From Candidatus Binatota bacterium (GTDB lineage: Bacteria > Desulfobacterota > Binatia > UBA1149 > CAITLU01): DNA of 64,000 bases. This document shows positions 8,887 through 18,877 of this stretch, piece after piece; position 1 is the stretch's first letter; each line of letters starts with the position of its first letter. The stretch covers positions 1,161 to 65,160 of the forward strand of contig JAJRWY010000312.1 in assembly GCA_024276575.1 (NCBI GenBank). The letters run 5' to 3'. A program made the position numbers and the translations under genes. The notes beneath the pieces were generated by a model. That model saw only the letters and a list, made by a program, of their open reading frames with translations, did no database searches and was not told the DNA's origin.

Positions 8887-10458
8887 AAGAATACCCCATA
8901 GTTGCCCGGAAGGGAGGGGTTCGAAGCCGGTGAGGCGCCGTGAAATGACGGTCACGTTTCGAGGCCACCAAAGCGGAATGTAGGGCAAGCGGCGCGAATT
9001 GCGCCGTTGCAGTCTCGCATAGAGCTTCCGGCGCTTGCCGGGCCGGCTGCGCAGCGCCCGTTCGCTTAGCCGGTCCGTGATAGCGTCGCTGTAGCCCCCC
9101 CTGTTGTTTCCGTCCGGAGGCTGCATTCGCGAGTGGAACACTGTTCTCATCAAGTCGGGATCTTCTATCCCTACCCAAGCTAGTGAGTAGAGATCGAAAT
9201 TCCCGGCTCGGACATCCGCGAAGAAGGTGCCCCATTCGTAGCTCTCGATTTTCAATTCGATACCGACTTCCGACAATTGAGCAGCCAGCACTTCAGCAAT
9301 GCGCCGGCGCAGTTCGATGGTCGTGGTCTTGTAACTTAGCGTCAGCCTCGGGGCCGGTCCTGGTGGGTCTGTGTAGCCGGCGCGCTCGAGCAGGCGGCGT
9401 GCGCGGTCCGGATCGTAGCTGTAGTGTCGCACTTTGTCCGAATAGGCCCAATGGTGCGGAGGCAGCATGGCATCGGCCGTTTGTGCCTGGCCTTTGAGGA
9501 TGTATCTGACGATGGCGTTGCGGTCGATCGCGTAAACCAGGGCGCGGCGCACCGGTAATTTGGCCAGGGCCGGGTGCCGCAGGTTGACTCCGATATACTG
9601 ATAGGCGTTGTAGTCGCCGAGTCGAACTTCGACTCCTTTCTCTTCTCGATCAAGCCAGTCGACGGTGTCCGGATCGATCGCGTTCTGCACGATGTCGACG
9701 CTGCCGTGCCTTAACTCCAACGCACGCATGACCGAGTCGGGAAGGACCTTGAAGATCAGCGTCTCTATCGTAGGATCGCCGGCTGCGGAGCCTTGGACCG
9801 CCTCGAGCCGGAGGCGGTCGCTATCGAAGGAGGCTAGGCGGTAGGGTCCCGAGCCAGTCAGTTCGAGCGCTGCAACCGGCTCAATGCCGAGGCCGTCGGC
9901 CGCTAGGATGCCGATACCGGTGCTGTGCATAAAGGCGGCGTCGGGCTTGCTCAGCCGGAATATGACGGTGGTTGCGCCCTCGGCTTCGACGCTTTGTAAA
10001 GAAGCGAGCGCAGCTCTTTTCGGGGACGATGACCGGTGGTCCAGGATGCTGCGGTAGGTGGCTACGACGTCGCGTGCACGCAACCGCCTACCGTCATGGA
10101 AACGCAGATCGTCGCGCAGTTCGAAGATGTAGGTCTTGCGGTCCGGCTGCCACCATTTCGAGGCGGCGTAGGGCAGTGGTCTTGCGTCGACGCCGCTGCG
10201 TGTCAGGGAAGCGAAAAGCAAGCTCCCTATGCGCGACGAGTAAGCGTCAATGCTGTAGCGTGGGTCAAGCTGGGTGGGAGAGGCCTCTATCGCTATCACC
10301 ACCGCGTCGGGGTCCCGGACTACGCTATCCGCGCACCCCCCCAGCAGCGTGAGCCCCCAGGCTACTACCAGCAACGGGGCGGAAGGAATCAAATAAAATA
10401 AGCAAGCTTTTCTCAAAGGAAATAGAACACAGTGCTTCGCTTTGGTACCATAGTGCAT
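8866..10458 (-). CDS. ABC transporter substrate-binding protein, family 5 (peptide/nickel)
   Basis: Length and sequence pattern fit DppA/OppA-type binding proteins, and there is a lipoprotein signal ...LTLLGGC. The likely true start is TTG 10416 (MRKACLFYL...), preceded by an AT-rich patch. Confidence 0.85.
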   Translation of the reverse strand: MHYGTKAKHCVLFPLRKACLFYLIPSAPLLVVAWGLTLLGGCADSVVRDPDAVVIAIEASPTQLDPRYSIDAYSSRIGSLLFASLTRSGVDARPLPYAASKWWQPDRKTYIFELRDDLRFHDGRRLRARDVVATYRSILDHRSSSPKRAALASLQSVEAEGATTVIFRLSKPDAAFMHSTGIGILAADGLGIEPVAALELTGSGPYRLASFDSDRLRLEAVQGSAAGDPTIETLIFKVLPDSVMRALELRHGSVDIVQNAIDPDTVDWLDREEKGVEVRLGDYNAYQYIGVNLRHPALAKLPVRRALVYAIDRNAIVRYILKGQAQTADAMLPPHHWAYSDKVRHYSYDPDRARRLLERAGYTDPPGPAPRLTLSYKTTTIELRRRIAEVLAAQLSEVGIELKIESYEWGTFFADVRAGNFDLYSLAWVGIEDPDLMRTVFHSRMQPPDGNNRGGYSDAITDRLSERALRSRPGKRRKLYARLQRRNSRRLPYIPLWWPRNVTVISRRLTGFEPLPSGQLWGILSARLRR

Positions 10459-10485
10459 CTACCTGTGCCTGCCGGAGGTTAGCGA

Positions 10486-12465
10486 GTGAAGGGGAGAGGT
10501 TTTGCAGCAAAGGTAACCATGGCTACGCTGATACCGGCGTTGCTCCTGTGTGCGGGTTACGCTTGCGCCACTCAGGAGTTGCCGCGTTTCGAGCAACTTG
10601 CCCCCAACGTTGAGTTCTGGAGCGACGTTTTTACCAAGTACAGTGACGAGAAAATCGTTTTTCACGATCCCTACCGGCTCGAATTAGTCTACTCGATTCT
10701 CGATGTAGGCGACATAATGAACGGCGAAGGAAGCGAGCGGCGGCGTGCTCATGACGTTGCCAAGCGCCGTGTTGCCGAAGAACGTCGTATCAAGGCGATG
10801 CTCCGGCGCTTGGCTGTTTCCCCGCCGCGCAACGCAGAAGAGAAGGAGTTGGTTTCCGCGATCGCAGGAATCTTCCATGAGGCCAAGTTCGCGAAGGTGC
10901 TGGCTGATCGGGTTCGTTCCCAGCGGGGATTGGCGAACAAGTTCTGCCCGGCTATGGAGCGGGCGCACGCGTATATGCCGAAAATGAAGCGCATCCTTGC
11001 CGCCAAGGGAGTTCCCGGCGATCTCGCCGCACTTCCCCTGGTCGAGTCGGCCTATCAGGTCGGGGCGCATTCTAGCGCGGGTGCGGCCGGGATTTGGCAG
11101 TTCACCTATGGGACCGGGCGCCTATTTTTGAAGATCGACGGTTACCGTGACGAGCGGCGCGATCCTCTGAAAGCGACTGAAGCGGCAGCGGCGTTGCTTC
11201 GGCAGAATTTCGATAAGCTCGGGAGTTGGCCGCTAGCCATAACCGCATATAACCACGGGTCTGCAGGTATGGCGCGTGCGGTGCGTACGGTGGGGACCAA
11301 GAACCTCGGCATCATCTCCGAGTCCTACAAGAGCCGCAGCTTCGGGTTCGCGTCCCGTAATTTCTACGCTGAGTTTCTCGCTGCACGTGATGCGGTGGCG
11401 AGGGCGGAAGAGATCTGCGGACCGATTTCCGTGGATGCCTATGCGCCGGACCATTTCGAACTCGACTCGTACGTCTCTCTTGCCGATCTCTCGCGAGCTT
11501 CGGGGATTTCCACCTCGCGGTTGATCGAACTCAACCCAGCGCTGCGGCCGGGCGTGGTTTCCGGAGTTCACCGCGTGCCCAAGGGGTATCGTCTCAACTT
11601 GCCTGCGGGGGCGGGCCGCGAGTTCGGCCGGCGCTATGCGAGTCTGCCGGCCTCGGTGAAGTTCGTTACTCAGCCGGAGACCCGCTATCGTGTGCATCGC
11701 GGCGAGACCTTGAGCCATATAGCGAGGCGCCACGGGACCAGCGTGTCCAGTTTGCTGAGTTTCAACGGTTTGCGCGATCCCCGGCGCTTGAGGGCGGGAC
11801 AGATAATTCGGATCCCGAGCCGGGCTTCGGCTGCTAAGACGGCTGTCGCCAAGGTATCGGTTTCTTCTCGCAGCTCCTCAGCCGCCCCGCCGCCGGCGGT
11901 CAAGGATAGCCACAACTCCTCGGGCGCTGCGTTGGCCTCATTGAGGTTCCCGCCCGGGAAAAACTTTTCCGAGCACCGAGTAGGGCGCGGCCAAACACTT
12001 TCCGAGATCGCCCGCATGTATAAGTCTTCGGTTGCTGAACTCAAGAGGCTCAATGGAATCAGCGATCCCCGCAAGCTTCGGCGCGGAGCGACGCTCAAGG
12101 TGCCGCTACGTGGTGCCGCAGTTCCGGCCGCCACTTCGGCCTTGCTGACCCGCACCCACCGGGTCGGACGGGGGGAGACGCTGTGGAGCATAGCCCGCAA
12201 TTACCGTACCACGGTAGATACGTTACAGCGGCTTAGCGGCATACGGAATCCGTCGAGACTCAAGATCGGGCAAGTCATAACAGTGCCTGATTCTGCCGTG
12301 GCCACGCGCTCAGGCAGCTACCTCACCCATACTGTTCGTAAGGGACAGACGCTATCGCATATCGCCAAGATGTACCGAACTTCGGTGCTGACGCTCAAGC
12401 GGGTGAACCGTATCAGCGACCCTCGAAAGCTGCGTCCGGGACAAACTTTGAAAGTCCCGAACTGA
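10486..12465 (+). CDS. Lytic murein transglycosylase (MltD-like) with four C-terminal LysM repeats
   Basis: SLT-type catalytic region (LPLVESAY, AGIWQFTYGTG, AYNHG) plus four LysM units (e.g. HRVGRGQTLSEIARMYKSSVAELKRLNGISDPRKLRRGATLKVP). The start may be ATG 10519. Confidence 0.85.
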   Translation: MKGRGFAAKVTMATLIPALLLCAGYACATQELPRFEQLAPNVEFWSDVFTKYSDEKIVFHDPYRLELVYSILDVGDIMNGEGSERRRAHDVAKRRVAEERRIKAMLRRLAVSPPRNAEEKELVSAIAGIFHEAKFAKVLADRVRSQRGLANKFCPAMERAHAYMPKMKRILAAKGVPGDLAALPLVESAYQVGAHSSAGAAGIWQFTYGTGRLFLKIDGYRDERRDPLKATEAAAALLRQNFDKLGSWPLAITAYNHGSAGMARAVRTVGTKNLGIISESYKSRSFGFASRNFYAEFLAARDAVARAEEICGPISVDAYAPDHFELDSYVSLADLSRASGISTSRLIELNPALRPGVVSGVHRVPKGYRLNLPAGAGREFGRRYASLPASVKFVTQPETRYRVHRGETLSHIARRHGTSVSSLLSFNGLRDPRRLRAGQIIRIPSRASAAKTAVAKVSVSSRSSSAAPPPAVKDSHNSSGAALASLRFPPGKNFSEHRVGRGQTLSEIARMYKSSVAELKRLNGISDPRKLRRGATLKVPLRGAAVPAATSALLTRTHRVGRGETLWSIARNYRTTVDTLQRLSGIRNPSRLKIGQVITVPDSAVATRSGSYLTHTVRKGQTLSHIAKMYRTSVLTLKRVNRISDPRKLRPGQTLKVPN

Positions 12466-12577
12466 CTCTGCTATCCGCGGATATTGCCGGCAGCGGACAT
12501 GATTGTCGCTCCGGTGTGAGTTTGCTGAGCATCAGACACAGCTTCGGCGTCGGGTCTTCATGTGCTAGTTTCCTTCC

Positions 12578-13297
12578 GTGGCCTATCTCCCTGTATTTTT
12601 GAATGTTAAGGATCGCCGTTGCTTGGTTGTCGGGGGTGGCCCGGTAGCTGCGGGCAAGACCCGGCTACTGCTGGAGTATGGGGCGAAAACCGTCGTGGTC
12701 GGCAAGCATTTGTGTCCTGCCTTGGTGGAACTCATAGGGCGGTGGGGCCTAGAGTTCAGTGAGCGCGAGTACCGGCCTGATGACCAGCAAGGGGTCATGC
12801 TGGTGTTTGCGTGCACCGATTCTCCGGACGTACAGGCTCAGATATTAAGTGATGCACGACGATTCGGTGTGTTGGCCTGCCGTGTGGACGACGGTTCCGT
12901 TTCCGACTTCTGCAGTGCGGCGCTCATCCAACGAGGAGAGGTCTGCGTGGCGGTATCTACCTCAGGCTCGAGTCCGGCGCTAGCCGCCCGGATAAAGCGA
13001 GAGTTGGAGCCATACATAGGTTCCCACTATGGTGTGGCGGCGACACTCCTCGGGCGTGTTCGCGAGCAGGGCTACCGCGGCGTGGCGGTAAATTCGGACG
13101 CCGGCTTGGGAAGCGGCCCCCCCGTAGACCCGGAAGTTTTTGCGGAATTATTCGGACGCGGTTTTTTGGACTTGTTGGCTCGAGGGCAACTACAACAAGC
13201 AGTCGCTTTGCTCGAGGAGTTGTGCGGGTGGCGGCACGATGCGGGGCCGGTGGAGCCTGTAGGGCCTGAGATACGACGAGGGAAGCGAAAGGATTGA
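12578..13297 (+). CDS. Precorrin-2 dehydrogenase / sirohydrochlorin ferrochelatase (CysG N-terminal domain type, SirC-like)
   Basis: YLPVFLNVKDRRCLVVGGGPVAAGKTRLLL Rossmann N-terminus and VAVSTSGSSPALAARIKRELE, characteristic of siroheme synthase N-domain proteins. Confidence 0.8.
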   Translation: MAYLPVFLNVKDRRCLVVGGGPVAAGKTRLLLEYGAKTVVVGKHLCPALVELIGRWGLEFSEREYRPDDQQGVMLVFACTDSPDVQAQILSDARRFGVLACRVDDGSVSDFCSAALIQRGEVCVAVSTSGSSPALAARIKRELEPYIGSHYGVAATLLGRVREQGYRGVAVNSDAGLGSGPPVDPEVFAELFGRGFLDLLARGQLQQAVALLEELCGWRHDAGPVEPVGPEIRRGKRKD

Positions 13298-13300
13298 GAA

Positions 13301-14131
13301 TTGGAACTGCTGGCTCTCGAGTTTGCTTGCTTTGCTTACCTTACGGCTGCGGCTGCCTACATGACAGGCATAGCCTATCCATCGGATTGGACGCGGCGTT
13401 TGGGGCCCTGGGCGCTGGGAACGGCCTTTGTTCTGCAATCTCTTTCCGTCGTCCTACACGTCATCGATACCGGCGTGATCCCGGTCGAAGGGTTTACTGA
13501 GGGACTCGCATTCTTCGCTTGGCTTCTGGTTGCCACCTACGTCTTCGTACAGCGCAAGCAGGAGGTGTCAGTACTGGCTGCGGCAATAGCACCGATGGCT
13601 TTCCTGTTTACTCTGCTGGCGATCGAGTTTTATTCCGAAAGGACGGTGCTGCCGGAGTCATGGCAGACTCCATGGCTGACGGTGCATGTAACCCTGGCTT
13701 TTCTCGGCAACGCGGTGTTTGGCCTCGCCTTTGTCGTCAGCCTCGTCTACCTGGTCCAGGAACGACTGCTCAAATCTCACCGCAGGGCTTGGATGATCCG
13801 CCGCTTGCCCGCTCTGGAAACTATGGACAGGCTCGGATACCTGTTCTTGTTCTGGGGCTTCCCCCTGCTTTCGCTGGGAATGGTAAGTGGCGGGGTCTGG
13901 GCTTTGAGTATGCTCGGCAAGTTCTGGACCTGGGAACCGCGCGAGATTCTTTCGGTTATCACCTGGGTTCTGTACGCCGGCTTGCTCGAGTTCCGCCTAG
14001 TCGGCGGCCTGCGGGGTAAGCGAGCCGCCTACCTCACTATTTTGGGCTTTATGGTGCTGGTGGTTTCCTACATCGCCGTCACCCTGATTTCCGTGCCCGG
14101 CGCCAGGCACGGCGGTGTATACACTTCTTGA
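13301..14131 (+). CDS. Cytochrome c assembly protein family membrane protein (CcsA/HemX-like)
   Basis: Eight-TM-like profile with a Trp-rich segment (GKFWTWEPREILSVITWVLYA). It sits immediately upstream of hemA, as in hemAX-type clusters. Confidence 0.72.
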   Translation: MELLALEFACFAYLTAAAAYMTGIAYPSDWTRRLGPWALGTAFVLQSLSVVLHVIDTGVIPVEGFTEGLAFFAWLLVATYVFVQRKQEVSVLAAAIAPMAFLFTLLAIEFYSERTVLPESWQTPWLTVHVTLAFLGNAVFGLAFVVSLVYLVQERLLKSHRRAWMIRRLPALETMDRLGYLFLFWGFPLLSLGMVSGGVWALSMLGKFWTWEPREILSVITWVLYAGLLEFRLVGGLRGKRAAYLTILGFMVLVVSYIAVTLISVPGARHGGVYTS

Positions 14132-14143
14132 GGAAGCCGGGTA

Positions 14144-15418
14144 GTGTCACGCCAACTATCGATACTGGGGCTGAATCACCGCACTGCGCCGGTCGAGCTG
14201 CGCGAGAAGCTGGCCATGACCGAAGGCCGCGGCGAAGGCGTGCTCGCGTCTCTTCTTACTCACGACCACATAGAGGAAGTGGTGTTGCTCTCCACCTGCA
14301 ATCGGGTCGAGATTGTCTACTGCAGCCGCGAAGGTCCGATTGAGACTGAGGAGATGACCGGCTTCCTAGTCGAGGGCACCGGGCTGAGTGTGGATGAATG
14401 CGTGCCTTACCTTTACAGTTTCGAGAACCGGGAAGCGGTCAGGCATCTGTTCCGTGTGGCCTCTAGCCTGGACTCCATGGTTGTGGGCGAGCCGCAGATC
14501 CTCGGCCAAATGAAGGAGCAGTTTGACGCGTCGGTGGACGCGCATAGTGCCGGTCCTGTACTTCACCGTGTCTTTCACAAGAGTTTCTCGGTGGCCAAGC
14601 GGGTGCGTTCGGAAACCGGAATCGCCTCGAGAACGGTTTCGGTCGCCTCCACGGCGGTGGATCTGGCCAGTCATATCTTCGAGAGCCTGGAGGGCCGGAC
14701 CGTGCTGCTGATCGGCGCCGGCGACATGGGGGAGACTGCCGCGCGCCATTTCCAGGGCGCGGGGGTCAAGGACATCATGGTGGCCAACCGCACTTTTGAA
14801 AACGGCGTAGCCCTGGCCAGGGAGTTGGGAGGGACGCCGATTCCGCTCGAGCGCCTGTCCAACTACTTGCCGCTCGCCGACCTAGTGGTGGGTTCAGCCG
14901 GGGGTGGGGAGATGCTCAGCGCCAAGGAGGTCAAGGGCCTCATGCGTGAGCGCAAGGGCCGTGCGGTATTCTTCATAGATGTCGCGGTTCCCCGCAACTT
15001 CGATCCTGCGATAAACAAGATCGACGGCGCTTATCTTTACGACATGGACGACCTCTCGTCGGTGGTAGAGGAGAACCTCGAGGAAAGGCAGCGTGAGGCG
15101 GTAAAAGGCGAGGCCATAGTGGAGGGGGAGGTCGACCATTTCTGGTTGTGGTTCGAGAAACTCGGGGTAATTCCCACGATCGTTGCTTTGCGTGAGTATG
15201 CCGAGGAGATTCGCAATCAAGAACTGGAGCGTACCGTTGCCAAGCTCAACGGCATCAGCGAGGAAGACAGGATACGTATAGACCATATGACTCGTTCTAT
15301 CGTCAATAAACTACTGCATAGGCCGACCAGCGTATTGAAACGTGAAGTTCGCCCGGATGAAGAAACTCGTATGTTGAGCGCGGTTCGCAAGCTTTTTTCC
15401 TTGGAGGACGAACTGTGA
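14144..15418 (+). CDS. hemA: Glutamyl-tRNA reductase
   Basis: LSILGLNHRTAPVELRE, catalytic Cys in LLSTCNRVEIVY, VGEPQILGQ, and NADPH loop GAGDMGE. Confidence 0.93.
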   Translation: MSRQLSILGLNHRTAPVELREKLAMTEGRGEGVLASLLTHDHIEEVVLLSTCNRVEIVYCSREGPIETEEMTGFLVEGTGLSVDECVPYLYSFENREAVRHLFRVASSLDSMVVGEPQILGQMKEQFDASVDAHSAGPVLHRVFHKSFSVAKRVRSETGIASRTVSVASTAVDLASHIFESLEGRTVLLIGAGDMGETAARHFQGAGVKDIMVANRTFENGVALARELGGTPIPLERLSNYLPLADLVVGSAGGGEMLSAKEVKGLMRERKGRAVFFIDVAVPRNFDPAINKIDGAYLYDMDDLSSVVEENLEERQREAVKGEAIVEGEVDHFWLWFEKLGVIPTIVALREYAEEIRNQELERTVAKLNGISEEDRIRIDHMTRSIVNKLLHRPTSVLKREVRPDEETRMLSAVRKLFSLEDEL

Positions 15419-16359
15419 AGCTTCGTGTGGGTACGCGGAGGAGCCCCCTTGCCTTGGCCCAGGCCGGCCAAGGTATGCGCTCGGTAGTGGACAAGGCCGG
15501 GGGCGGTGAGTGGGAGTTGATTGAGATGGTCACTACCGGTGACCGCGTTCAGGACCGTCCGTTGCGCGACGTCGGAGGTAAGGCCCTGTTCGTGCGTGAG
15601 CTTGACGATGCCCTGCTGCGTGGAGATGTCGATTGCGCCATTCATTCGCTGAAAGATGTCCCCAGCGATTTGCCGGCCGGCATCGTAATTGCCGCAGTGC
15701 TCGAACGTGCCGACGTGCGTGATCTGTTGATCAGCAAACGGGGCCTGGCGCCGGCGGAGCTTGCGCCGGGGGCGCTGGTCGGCACCACTAGTTTGAGGCG
15801 TGCATCGCAACTGCTGGCCGTAAACCCGCAGGTGAAAGTCGAAACCATACGAGGCAATGTAGCCACGCGCTTGGGGCGCTTGATGGATGGGGATTTCGAC
15901 GCGACCTTTTTGGCTGCTGCGGGTATCGCGCGGCTCGGTGCCGACCTCGGAGCGGCAAAAGCCCTAGCATTAGATCCTTGGGAGTTTATTCCTGCTCCCG
16001 GGCAGGGGGCGCTGGCCATTACTGCACGTGAAGACGACCGGAAATGCAGGGATTATCTGGCTATGGCCGAGGATGGGGCGGCGCGTGCGGCGGTTGAGGC
16101 GGAGCGCGCGCTGGCGAGAGTTTTCGGCGGCGGTTGCCATCTGCCCATCGGCGTCTATGCCGAGGCCGGGCCGGGCAGCTTAAGGATGATCGCGGTCGTG
16201 GTTTCATCTGATGGGCGCCGTTTGCTGCGCGACGAGGCTTCAGGCGAGGCTAGTCACGCGGCTGCCGTGGGTGAGGCTTTAGGCCGGCGTATGCTGGAAA
16301 ACGGCGGTGCTGAGATCGTTGCCGAAGCGGAAGCGGCTGCAGCTGGGGGGCTGGTCTGA
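15415..16359 (+). CDS. hemC: Hydroxymethylbilane synthase (porphobilinogen deaminase)
   Basis: LRVGTRRSPLALAQ, IHSLKDVP, GNVATRL, and cofactor Cys in GGGCHLPIG. 4-nt overlap with hemA. Confidence 0.9.
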   Translation: MKLRVGTRRSPLALAQAGQGMRSVVDKAGGGEWELIEMVTTGDRVQDRPLRDVGGKALFVRELDDALLRGDVDCAIHSLKDVPSDLPAGIVIAAVLERADVRDLLISKRGLAPAELAPGALVGTTSLRRASQLLAVNPQVKVETIRGNVATRLGRLMDGDFDATFLAAAGIARLGADLGAAKALALDPWEFIPAPGQGALAITAREDDRKCRDYLAMAEDGAARAAVEAERALARVFGGGCHLPIGVYAEAGPGSLRMIAVVVSSDGRRLLRDEASGEASHAAAVGEALGRRMLENGGAEIVAEAEAAAAGGLV

Positions 16360-16376
16360 GCGGGCGGGTCTATCTT

Positions 16377-17852
16377 GTGGGTGCGGGGCCCGGAGATCCC
16401 GGCCTGCTGACTCTTCGCGGGAAAGAGGCCCTCGAGCGGGCTGATGTAGTCCTCTATTACGCGCTAGCGAACTCCCGCCTGCTCGATTTTGCCCCCGCCG
16501 GGGCTGAACGCATACTCGTCGGACATCGCCACGGTCAGGAGACGGTCGGGCAGAACAGCATCGAGGAGATGCTGGTGGACTACGCTCGACGCGGTAAGAG
16601 CGTGGTTCGGTTGAAGGGCGGAGACCCCTTTGTATTTGGCCGGGGCGCGGAAGAAGCCCAGGCTTGTGCGATTGCGGGGGTGCCATTTTCGGTGATACCC
16701 GGCGTGAGTTCGGCCTCGGCCGCTCCCGCCTATGCAGGCATAGCCCTGACCCACCGTGACCTGTCTTCTTCGTACACAGTGGTGACCGGCCGTCCGGGAC
16801 GCAACCGGGACGGTGAAGAGGTAGAGGCCGACTGGGAATCTTTGGCGCGAGGTGGCGGTACTTTGGTACTGCTGATGGCGATGACGCGAATCTCAGAGAT
16901 CTCCGCGAAGCTAATCGGTGCCGGTATGTCTGCGGAAACTCCTGCGGCTGCGGGTCGCTGGGGAACTCTGCCCCGGCAAAAGACAGTGACCGGATGTCTC
17001 GGAGATATTGCGAATACGGCCGCCGCGGAGTTGATACGGCCGCCGGTGGTTTTCGTGATAGGAGACGTGGTGCGGCTCGCTGAAAGCATCTACTGGTACG
17101 AGAAACTGCCACTGTTCGGGCGTCGCATCGTGGTCACCCGCGCCCGCCATCAAGCTGCGGAATTTTCGCGTCGTCTGGAGGAATCCGGTGCCTGGGTGCT
17201 CGAGTATCCGACCATAGAGATCCGGCGGCTCGAGATAGCCGATAGCCGTCTGGACGAGGTTGCGGGTGCGGATTGGCTCTTGTTCAGCAGTGTCAACGGG
17301 GTCGAGCATTTCTTCGCGAGTTATCTCGCAGCCGGGCGTGACCTGCGCGAGCTTGCCGGCGTAGGAATTGCCGCTATCGGACCGGCCACCGCCGCGGCGG
17401 TGAAGCGGCGTGGCCTGAAGGTGGACGTGCAGCCTTTAGAGTATCGAGCGGAGGCCTTGCTCGAAGCCTTGGGGGAAGTCCGCGGAATGCGGATGATACT
17501 GGCGCGGGCCAAGGTGGCTCGTGAGGTGCTGCCCGAACAGCTCCGGGCGCGCGGCGCCGAAGTCACGGTGCTTCCGGTCTACCAGACCGTGGTGCCGCCT
17601 GATTCTTCGCAGTTCACGGAGTTCGGCGAAGTCGACATGGTTACTTTTACCAGCGCGAGTACCGTAGGGAACTTCGACCGTATAAACGGAGGACGGGCCG
17701 CCGAACTCCTGGCCGGAGTCAAGGTCGCGGCGATCGGACCGATTACCGCTGCGGCTCTCAGGGACAAGGGTATTGGGGTCGACGCCATGCCGCACGATTA
17801 TACGATTCCCGCGCTAGCCGCCGAGATAGAGCGCTGCTTTGCAAATGGCTAA
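16377..17852 (+). CDS. Uroporphyrinogen-III C-methyltransferase fused to uroporphyrinogen-III synthase
   Basis: The N-terminal half is CobA/SUMT-like ([35 protein letters not shown]). The C-terminal half is HemD-like ([21 protein letters not shown] ... FTSASTV). Confidence 0.88.
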   Translation: MGAGPGDPGLLTLRGKEALERADVVLYYALANSRLLDFAPAGAERILVGHRHGQETVGQNSIEEMLVDYARRGKSVVRLKGGDPFVFGRGAEEAQACAIAGVPFSVIPGVSSASAAPAYAGIALTHRDLSSSYTVVTGRPGRNRDGEEVEADWESLARGGGTLVLLMAMTRISEISAKLIGAGMSAETPAAAGRWGTLPRQKTVTGCLGDIANTAAAELIRPPVVFVIGDVVRLAESIYWYEKLPLFGRRIVVTRARHQAAEFSRRLEESGAWVLEYPTIEIRRLEIADSRLDEVAGADWLLFSSVNGVEHFFASYLAAGRDLRELAGVGIAAIGPATAAAVKRRGLKVDVQPLEYRAEALLEALGEVRGMRMILARAKVAREVLPEQLRARGAEVTVLPVYQTVVPPDSSQFTEFGEVDMVTFTSASTVGNFDRINGGRAAELLAGVKVAAIGPITAAALRDKGIGVDAMPHDYTIPALAAEIERCFANG

Positions 17853-17875
17853 GCGCTAAACTAGCATTTTGCATC

Positions 17876-18844
17876 ATGCCTTTTCCTGAGCAACGGCCTC
17901 GAAGACTACGTCGCAACGAAACCATACGCCGTATGGTTCGCGAAACTTCTGTGGGTAGCGACGATCTCATGCTGCCGCTTTTCGTGGTTCCTGGTAGCAG
18001 CGTGGAAAATGAAGTGGCTTCGATGCCCGGAGTGTTTCAGCAATCGGTCGATAAAGTGGTGGAGACCGCCAGGCGTGCCGCCGGTCTCGGAATTCCCGCG
18101 GTGCTGCTGTTCGGTATTCCTGAGCACAAGGACCCGCGGGGCAGCGAAGCCTGGCGACGGGACGGAGTCGTGCAGAACGCTGTGCGGGCGATCAAGGAGG
18201 CGGTCCCGGAGCTATGTGTAACGACCGATGTCTGTCTTTGCGAGTATACCGACCACGGGCACTGTGGAGTACTATCCGGCGATAGTGTCGACAATGACGA
18301 AACCTGCGAGCTATTGGTTGCCGAAGCGGTTTCTCACGCCGAAGCAGGAGCCGATCTCATCGCGCCTTCGGATATGATGGATGGACGTGTGGACGCGATC
18401 AGGGAAGGACTCGACGACAAAGGTTTCGAGGAGATTCCGATAATGTCTTATGCCGCCAAGTACTGTTCGGGTTTTTATGGACCCTTCCGGGACGCGGCGG
18501 AGTCGGCTCCGCGCTTCGGCGACCGGCGCTCATACCAGATGGACCCGTCCAACTCCGACGAAGCGTTGCTCGAGGTCGAGCTTGATATCGAGGAAGGCGC
18601 CGACATTCTGATGGTGAAACCGGCGATGCCTTACCTCGACATAATCCGCCGGGTCAAGGACGAGTTTCAACGTCCACTGGCCGCCTACCAGGTCAGCGGT
18701 GAGTTCGCGATGATAAAAGCGGCGGCGGCGAGGGGATGGCTTGATGAGCCGCGTGTGGTTGCCGAAAGCCTGACTGCGATAAAGCGTGCGGGGGCGGACA
18801 TCATAATTAGTTATTTCGCGTTGGATTTCGCGAAGGGGGTTTGA
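17876..18844 (+). CDS. hemB: Porphobilinogen synthase (zinc type)
   Basis: Cys-rich zinc site [14 protein letters not shown], and active-site lysines in [16 protein letters not shown] and [12 protein letters not shown]. Confidence 0.93.
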   Translation: MPFPEQRPRRLRRNETIRRMVRETSVGSDDLMLPLFVVPGSSVENEVASMPGVFQQSVDKVVETARRAAGLGIPAVLLFGIPEHKDPRGSEAWRRDGVVQNAVRAIKEAVPELCVTTDVCLCEYTDHGHCGVLSGDSVDNDETCELLVAEAVSHAEAGADLIAPSDMMDGRVDAIREGLDDKGFEEIPIMSYAAKYCSGFYGPFRDAAESAPRFGDRRSYQMDPSNSDEALLEVELDIEEGADILMVKPAMPYLDIIRRVKDEFQRPLAAYQVSGEFAMIKAAAARGWLDEPRVVAESLTAIKRAGADIIISYFALDFAKGV

Positions 18845-18877
18845 ATCGAGCTGTCGCGGAAGTTTCTCGCCTGCGTT

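Noticed and set aside
16279-17112. 277-aa ORF on the minus strand
   Set aside because: It is antisense to the cobA/hemD fusion gene. It is Pro/Arg/Ser-rich with no homology pattern.
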